Part shown: in pieces, positions 56,502-64,000 of the stretch | Position numbering within the stretch: the stretch's first letter is position 1 | Layout of the letters: the number at the start of each line of letters is the position of its first letter | DNA from: Treponemataceae bacterium | GTDB taxonomy: Bacteria; Spirochaetota; Spirochaetia; Treponematales; Rectinemataceae | Length of the DNA stretch: 64,000 nt | Reading direction: 5' to 3' | Assembly (NCBI GenBank): GCA_963677895.2 | Contig: CAXXGJ010000025.1 | Span: 313,181 to 377,180 of the forward strand | Translations under genes and position numbers: made by a program | Notes under the pieces: generated by a model | Database searches by the model: none | What the model saw: only the letters and a program-made list of their open reading frames with translations | What the model was told of the DNA's origin: nothing

Positions 56502-56532
56502 ATTTTCTCCTTATAGTGGGATATGACGAGCT

Positions 56533-56907
56533 TCAGGCCTTCCACAGGCCATGGAGGTTGCAGTATTCGCGCGCCGTGGCTTTTTCCGCCTTGATGGGGA
56601 AGAAGGCTCGGGGCTGATCTCCGGGCTTCAGTTCCGCCCTGCATACCTTGTCTCCGGCGATGAGTTCGATCCACTGAATATAATGCTTTTCCTCCATGGG
56701 ATGGAGCACGGAACCCACGGTTACCCACCAGCCTTCCGCGGATTTTTCCAGGACGGGAACATGTTTTTCCTTGGAAGCGTCGACGGTGTTCTCAACCACG
56801 AGCTTCATCGGCTTCCCGCAGCAGACGAGTTCGCCTCCGCCGGCGAAAAGCACTTCCACTATATTGCCGCATTCTTCGCATTTGTAAATCTGTCTCTTCT
56901 CGATCAT
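56533..56907 (-). CDS. dfx: Desulfoferrodoxin (2Fe superoxide reductase)
   Basis: CEECGN...CCG, EKHVP, HPM...H and CNLHGLW. Confidence 0.96.
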   Translation of the reverse strand: MIEKRQIYKCEECGNIVEVLFAGGGELVCCGKPMKLVVENTVDASKEKHVPVLEKSAEGWWVTVGSVLHPMEEKHYIQWIELIAGDKVCRAELKPGDQPRAFFPIKAEKATAREYCNLHGLWKA

Positions 56908-56951
56908 GATATCCTCCTACAAAGGCAAGGGGCGATTCGACGGCGGCTGGA

Positions 56952-57527
56952 TTACCAGTTTTCGCCGAGCACTTCAAAATAGGACTGGGGATGGGCGCAG
57001 GCCGGGCAGACCTTGGGGGCGCTTTCGCCTTCATAGATGAATCCGCAGTTGATGCATCTCCAGACGGTCGGCTTGTCCTTCTTGAATACGCTGCCTGCGT
57101 CGATGCTGGCGGCCAGTGCTTCATAGCGTTTCGCGTGCTGTTTTTCGGCGACGGCGATCATCTCGAATACCGTCGCGATGGCGTCAAAACCTTCCTCGCG
57201 TGCGACCTTGGCGAATCCAGGATACATTTCCTTCCATTCGTAGTTTTCGCCGCCGGCGGCTTCTTCGAGGTTCTGCCTCGTCGTTCCGATGATCCCCGAG
57301 GGGAAGGTTCCCGTGATCGTGGCGGTTCCCCCTTCCATGAACTTGAAAAGCCTCTTGGCGTGTTCTTTTTCCTGGTTCGCGGTTTCTTCGAATATCAGGG
57401 AGATCTGAATGTAGCCTTCTTCCTTGGCCTTCGAGGCAAAATAAGTATATCTGTTTCTTGCCTGGGATTCTCCGGCGAATCCTGCCATCAAATTGATTTC
57501 GGTCTTCGAGCCTTTGATACTTTTCAT
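56952..57527 (-). CDS. rbr: Rubrerythrin
   Basis: GESQARNRY, EKEHA, and a C-terminal CINC...CPAC. Confidence 0.96.
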   Translation of the reverse strand: MKSIKGSKTEINLMAGFAGESQARNRYTYFASKAKEEGYIQISLIFEETANQEKEHAKRLFKFMEGGTATITGTFPSGIIGTTRQNLEEAAGGENYEWKEMYPGFAKVAREEGFDAIATVFEMIAVAEKQHAKRYEALAASIDAGSVFKKDKPTVWRCINCGFIYEGESAPKVCPACAHPQSYFEVLGENW

Positions 57528-57595
57528 TTCCGACCTCCTGGATCAGTTTTGGATAGTTGATGATAGCCTGAAGTCAACGCTCCGGCAGTGTACAC

Positions 57596-57624
57596 AGTAT
57601 AAAGTCATTATATCTGCTTTGGAA
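57596..57624 (-). promoter_or_regulatory. Putative promoter of rbr-dfx-rubredoxin
   Basis: TTCCAA-17 bp-TATACT. Confidence 0.5.
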
Positions 57625-57708
57625 TATGATCGCAATAAAATTCCCGGGTTTTGTGAGAAATAGAATCACCAGCCCCGTCTATGCGCGTAGTGAGGGTGGA
57701 GCGTGCCA

Positions 57709-58425
57709 ATGGAAACAAATTATGTCCTGGAGAAGAGACCTTCGGATAGTCAGGGTAAGGGAAAGGGTAAGCGCGAGCCGGATGTCCGCGAACGGATCCT
57801 GCGAGACGGGCCGCGTTCGCTGGCCGACCGCGAGCTTCTCGCGGCCGTGCTGGGTTCCGGCTGCATGGGCAAGTCAGTCCGAACCCTCTCCCATGAGGTG
57901 CTGAGCGTCATTGAGACGGGAACGCCGGAGCTGGATACCGACAAGCTCCGAGAGGTATCGGGCATGGGCGATGCCAAAGTCTGCGCGATAGCTGCGGCCA
58001 TCGAACTGGGAAGGCGTTTCTACGCCATCAAGGACAAGCGCATCGCGATGCCCAAGGACATTTTCCCTCTGATCTCCCACTTCGCCGACAGGAAGCAGGA
58101 GCATTTTCTCTGCATTTCCCTGAACGGCGCGCATGAAGTAATCTCGGCGCGGCAGGTCACCTCGGGCCTCGTCAATAAAACAGTCGTGCATCCAAGGGAG
58201 ATCTTTGCCGATCCCATAACGGACAGGGCCTGCGCCATCGTCGTGGCGCATAATCACCCCTCCGGGAACGTGGAGCCTTCAAAGGAGGATATCGACATCA
58301 CGAAGCGGCTGAGGGATGCGGGCGATGTGCTGGGCATTCCCCTTCTCGACCATCTGGTCTTCTGCCAGAACGCTTATTATAGTTTTGTCGAGCATGGATT
58401 GATCGCTCCCTTCGTCGGGGAATGA
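57709..58425 (+). CDS. radC: RadC/JAB domain protein
   Basis: RER...LADRELL, VHPREIF, HNHPSG..EPS.ED and LLDH. Confidence 0.93.
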   Translation: METNYVLEKRPSDSQGKGKGKREPDVRERILRDGPRSLADRELLAAVLGSGCMGKSVRTLSHEVLSVIETGTPELDTDKLREVSGMGDAKVCAIAAAIELGRRFYAIKDKRIAMPKDIFPLISHFADRKQEHFLCISLNGAHEVISARQVTSGLVNKTVVHPREIFADPITDRACAIVVAHNHPSGNVEPSKEDIDITKRLRDAGDVLGIPLLDHLVFCQNAYYSFVEHGLIAPFVGE

Positions 58426-58427
58426 TC

Positions 58428-58494
58428 GCCGCCCAAAAGAGGCCGCCCAAAAGAGGCGGCCCAAAAAAGAGGCCGCCCGGAAAATCCGAGCGGC
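58428..58494 (-). terminator. Terminator with a tandemly triplicated arm and tail
   Basis: Hairpin GCCGCCCGG-AAAAT-CCGAGCGGC preceded by three copies of approximately GCCGCCCAAAAGAG. Confidence 0.65.
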
Positions 58495-58534
58495 CCGCAT
58501 TCTGTCATGTCGCTAAAAGAGTTCGGCCTCTGGA

Positions 58535-59714
58535 TCAGATGATGCCGAGTTTTTTCCCCGCTTTCTCGAATACGCCGAGGACTGTCTCGAGCTGATCGCG
58601 CGTATGCGTCGCCATGTAGGAAGTCCTCAGCAGAGCCATGCCCTGGGGCACGGCGGGGGATATCACGGGGTTGCAGTAGACGCCGCTGTCGAAGAGTTCC
58701 TTCCAGAGCAGGAAGCAGGTTTGGTCATCTCCGACGATAATGGGAATGATGGGTGTCTGCGTGGCGCCGATATTGAAGCCAAGCTCGCGGTAGCCTTTCA
58801 GCATGAAGGCCGCGTTTTCCCACAGCTTTTCAAGATGCCAGGGCTCGGTCTCCATCACTTCGAGAGCGGCGGCCGCGGCCATGGCGTTGGGGGCGGGGAG
58901 CGAGGCTGAGAAAATGAATGAACGGGCATTGTGTTTTATATAATTGATGACATCCTTGTCGCCCGCCACGAAGCCTCCAAGGGAGGCGAAGCTCTTCGAG
59001 AAGGTACCCATGGTGAGGTCCACTTCCTTGGTCAGGCCAAAATGCCAGGCTGTACCATGGCCTCCGCCCAGCACGCCGAGGGAATGAGCATCGTCCACGT
59101 AGAGTCTCGTTCCGTGCTTTTTGCAGACGGACACGAGCTTAGGCAGATCGACTATGTCGCCGCCCATGGAAAAGACTCCATCCACCACTACCATCGCGCC
59201 GCTATCCTCGGGAATCTTGGCGAGGATTCTGTCGAGTTGATCCAGGTCGCCGTGCACGAAGCGTTTGATTTCGCCCATGCCCAGCCTGCAGGCATCGACG
59301 ATGGAGGCATGGTCATCCTTGTCGGTGATGACCACATCGTTGCGCCCGATGAGGGAGGAGATGGCGCCCAGGTTCGTCTGCATGCCGGTGGAGAAAACCA
59401 GGGCTGAATCCTTGCCCAGGAATCGGGCAAGTCTTTCCTCCAGTTCAATATGCAGCTTCAGGGTACCGTTCAGAAAGCGGCTGCCCGTGCAGGAGGGGCC
59501 GAATTCCTGCAACCCCTTCATGGCCGCGGCCCTTACCTTGGGATGGGTCGTGAGCCCTAGGTAATTGTTCGAACCGATCATGATGATCTTTGCGGCCTTG
59601 ATAGGAAACAATCGTTCCTTCCATGCCGTCGAGTTCCTGGAAATAGGGATAGATACCCTTTTCCATGGCCTTCTTGTCGAGATCGTACGCAAAACATTTT
59701 TGGAAGATGTCCAT
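58535..59714 (-). CDS. Serine palmitoyltransferase-like alpha-oxoamine synthase, with a frameshift near 59590 (probable sequencing error, otherwise a pseudogene)
   Basis: GGAGG SD. The frame-0 N-terminus MDIFQKC...GIYPYF...YQGRK joins IIMIGSNNYLG, GSRFLNGT, DHASI, DDAH and GTFSKS in a shifted frame. Confidence 0.8.
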
Positions 59715-59830
59715 ACAGGACCTCCGGAACCGCGCTAGAGTTGATCCCCGCGCGGAAAATTGGCCGCCGCCGGATGATGCCGGGACGGCTCAGGGCACGG
59801 GCCGTTTTTCATCGCCATCGTGCGGCTATC

Positions 59831-59860
59831 ATTCTACCGGGGATACAGCTGCAGGGTCAA
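59831..59860 (-). promoter_or_regulatory. Putative promoter of the SPT-like gene
   Basis: TTGACC-18 bp-TAGAAT. Confidence 0.55.
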
Positions 59861-60649
59861 TTGCGTATTCTGGAATGAAATGGCGTCGATTCGCCGCCGG
59901 AAAACTCCCTCGCCTGCTATTTCTTCTTCAGGGGCTTGAAGACGGTTTTTCAGGATTGTCGATATCGTGGAAGTCTTCTGTTTCTGCGTAGGCATTAGCG
60001 GAACGCCGGAAAAGGAAAAGACGTCCTTCTCGCTTCCGGCCACGAGGAGGAGATCGTGGGTGACCAGCTTGTAATCCCGGTCGAAATTACGGTAGATGCT
60101 GGTATTCTCGGACCGTATGGCGATCACGTTTATGCCTTTCTTGCGCCTCAAGTCCGCTTCTATCAGCGTCTTGCCGGTTAATAATTCGGGGACCTTAACT
60201 TCAGCCATGACGAGTTCTCCGCCTATGGGCATGAAGTTGTAAAGCGCCGTAGACAGGACGAGGGGCACGATGCGCGCGGCGGCCTCACGGTCGGAATTTA
60301 CCACTCTTGTCGCCCCGATTACCTTGAGTATCTCGCTTCGCTCATCGGATTCGGATTTTACGATTATTTCCTCAACGCCCAGCTTCTTCAGCCTATGCGT
60401 CACCAGCAGCGAAGCCTCGATGTCCGTAGAAAAATCCACCACCGCGACATCGACCGCTTCGGGAAGTATTCTCTGCAGGGATTCCTCATCAAGGACGTCG
60501 GCGATATAGGCGGTTTTTACCATATCCTTGACCCTATCTATGAGAAGGGGATCCTTGTCTATCACGACAATCTGATCGGTCACCTGGGAGATGCTCTCAA
60601 GCATGCTCATCGCAAAAGGGCCTAATCCAATAAACGCGTAGTGCCTCAT
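59834..60649 (-). CDS. trkA: TrkA/KtrA potassium-uptake regulatory subunit (true stop probably at 59917)
   Basis: IGLGPFA Rossmann fold and an RCK-C domain (GKTLIEADLRRK.GINVIAI). Confidence 0.88.
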   Translation of the reverse strand: MRHYAFIGLGPFAMSMLESISQVTDQIVVIDKDPLLIDRVKDMVKTAYIADVLDEESLQRILPEAVDVAVVDFSTDIEASLLVTHRLKKLGVEEIIVKSESDERSEILKVIGATRVVNSDREAAARIVPLVLSTALYNFMPIGGELVMAEVKVPELLTGKTLIEADLRRKKGINVIAIRSENTSIYRNFDRDYKLVTHDLLLVAGSEKDVFSFSGVPLMPTQKQKTSTISTILKNRLQAPEEEIAGEGVFRRRIDAISFQNTQLTLQLYPR

Positions 60650-60665
60650 GAAAACCTCCGAACAA

Positions 60666-61985
60666 TCAAATCAGAATATCGGCCGCGGGGAGCTTGGCAT
60701 AGCCTTCGACATCCCTGCCCGTTTTGGGGAGCGCGAAGGCGAAAAGCCCCACCCTGCCGATGAACATGGTCATTATCAGGATTATTTTTGAGACGGCATG
60801 AAGGGAAGGGGTGAGATTCTTGCTCAAGCCCACCGTGCCGAAGGCGGACAATGTCTCGAATAGAACATCCATCAAGGGAATGCCGTGGTTCGCTTTAATT
60901 TCTACAGTGACGATGATAACGGAACCGACGAGTACGATCATGATAGCTTTTATCACGATGCCCACCGCCTTATATACCGTCCGCGGCATGATGTTTCGGC
61001 CCTCATGGCTGATCTGGTCGCTTCCGTCCTTGTAGCGCAAGGCGGTCATCAGAAGTATGAAAAAGGTGGTGGTCTTTACGCCGCCTCCCGTCGATGCGGG
61101 CGAGGCGCCGATGAACATGAGGATCATCGTGAGCAGCTGGGATCCTGATGTGAAGCTTGTTTGGGTTATCGTATCGAAGCCCGCGGTTCTCGGCGTTATC
61201 GCCTGAAACAGGCTCGCCATTATCTTCTGCGGAACGCTGAGGTCCCGCATCGAAGCGCCGTACTCAAGAATGAAAAAAATGGCCGTTCCAATGACGATGA
61301 GCGCCGCAGATGTCCTCAGCACTATCGTAGAATGATAGGAGAGATGCCTTTTTACGCCAGTCAGATATTTTCGTAGGTCCTTGATGACGATGAAACCTAT
61401 ACCGCCCACAACGATCAACGACATTGTCGTAAAGTTGATGACGGGATCCCCGACAAACGATTCTAGATTGTTGGAAAAAGTTGAAAAGCCAGCGTTGCAG
61501 AAAGCGGAGACGGCGTGGAATAACCCATAGAACAGAGGGTATCCAAGCGCGTGGAATCGCAGGCCATAGACGACGGCGCCAACGCCTTCGAACACAAACG
61601 TATATTTCAGGATGGCGCGGATGATTACCTTAGGCTGGTACTCCACTTCCGGAAGCGCGTAATCGCTGACGACACCTTTGCCTAAAATGGATATTTTACG
61701 TCGTGGAGAGGCCAGATAAAGAGTCCCGAAGGTTATGATTCCAAGTCCCCCCGTCTGGATGAGGATCATGATGATGATAAGGCCTAAACGACTGAACTGG
61801 GCGGTATCTACGGTGATGAGACCCGTGACGCATACGGCGCTCGTCGAGGTGAAAAGAGCGTCGATGTAGCTTATTCTGCCGGCGGAAAATACGCCCGGCA
61901 AGGAAAGGAGAATCGATCCGATGACAATCACCGAGATAAAGAAAGAGAAAATTAGAATCTTGTCCCGGCCAATTTTTATATTCAA
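60666..61985 (-). CDS. trkH: TrkH/KtrB potassium transporter
   Basis: SAVCVTGL, SAFCNAGF, PRTAGF and SAFGTVGL, with a TTG start after GGAG. Confidence 0.93.
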   Translation of the reverse strand: MNIKIGRDKILIFSFFISVIVIGSILLSLPGVFSAGRISYIDALFTSTSAVCVTGLITVDTAQFSRLGLIIIMILIQTGGLGIITFGTLYLASPRRKISILGKGVVSDYALPEVEYQPKVIIRAILKYTFVFEGVGAVVYGLRFHALGYPLFYGLFHAVSAFCNAGFSTFSNNLESFVGDPVINFTTMSLIVVGGIGFIVIKDLRKYLTGVKRHLSYHSTIVLRTSAALIVIGTAIFFILEYGASMRDLSVPQKIMASLFQAITPRTAGFDTITQTSFTSGSQLLTMILMFIGASPASTGGGVKTTTFFILLMTALRYKDGSDQISHEGRNIMPRTVYKAVGIVIKAIMIVLVGSVIIVTVEIKANHGIPLMDVLFETLSAFGTVGLSKNLTPSLHAVSKIILIMTMFIGRVGLFAFALPKTGRDVEGYAKLPAADILI

Positions 61986-62088
61986 GGCTATGACTCCAGC
62001 CAAGGATAATACCACTACGCGTTGTGCGAGGCTATGGGGTTCTTTCGGCAAGGCGGGTAATCGGCGTCAAGGCGGGCAGTGTCTCCAA

Positions 62089-62126
62089 TATTCAAAGGGC
62101 CCACCTTGCGGTGAGCCCTTTGAATA
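62089..62126. terminator. Long hairpin downstream of the rrn operon
   Basis: TATTCAAAGGGC.CACC-TTGC-GGTG.GCCCTTTGAATA. Confidence 0.7.
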
Positions 62127-62133
62127 AAAAAAA

Positions 62134-62245
<112 letters not shown>

Positions 62246-62417
62246 ATAATTACCTGAAAGAAAGGGAAGAAGGAAAGCTAAAGAAGCTTTTCTTCACCTA
62301 GGGAAGCAGTGCGTATCTTGAATTCATCATCGATCGGCTGCCGTATTGCATGCAGCGCGCCCTCGTATCAAAAGAAAAGCGACAAGATCTCTCTTTGTTA
62401 AAAAAGTGAAGGATAAT

Positions 62418-64000
<1,583 letters not shown>

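Noticed and set aside
57709..58425. radC as a mobile-element marker
   Set aside because: It is the full-length chromosomal type, with no integrase, transposase or att sites nearby.
58428..58471. Possible mini-CRISPR
   Set aside because: These are 14-bp tandem units with no spacers and no cas genes.
59580..59600. Programmed ribosomal frameshift in the SPT-like gene
   Set aside because: There is no slippery heptamer (only CGC AAA G), and similar indels nearby point to sequencing error.

Overview
A GC-rich (roughly 60%) chromosomal segment from a spirochaete, most likely an anaerobic Treponematales-type organism. That placement is inferred from the tRNA-Thr-rpmG-tRNA-Trp-secE order with no tuf, RpoB 'RRLNALG', the XPB pair and the clade-X PFK. 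The first 15.3 kb is the minus-strand core cluster tRNA-Thr, rpmG, tRNA-Trp, secE, nusG, rplKAJL, rpoBC, rpsLG, followed by a divergent EF-G paralogue. From 15.3 to 62 kb there are housekeeping and metabolic genes: murJ, ltaE, a HAD phosphatase, a VanY-like peptidase, NfeD/SPFH, an SDR, pfk, an XPB operon, clpP, tlpA/ccdA, malQ, radA, a sugar-type ABC catabolic operon, rlmI, rubrerythrin/desulfoferrodoxin/rubredoxin, radC and trkAH. The window ends in a 5S rRNA and the 3' part of a 23S rRNA. I see no CRISPR array, prophage or transposase. The most interesting candidates are (i) a Bacteroidetes-type serine palmitoyltransferase-like gene, split by a probable homopolymer error; (ii) a FumI-like aminotransferase coupled to an SCP2-like protein, which together with (i) hints at sphingoid-base metabolism; (iii) an ABC/amidohydrolase/ArgH-like lyase/GH2 operon; (iv) a CrtI-like flavoprotein fused to an Fe-S domain; (v) an XPB/WYL-like/NYN-LOTUS operon; and (vi) repeated leaderless promoter architecture. 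All family assignments come from motif recognition by eye, with no database search.
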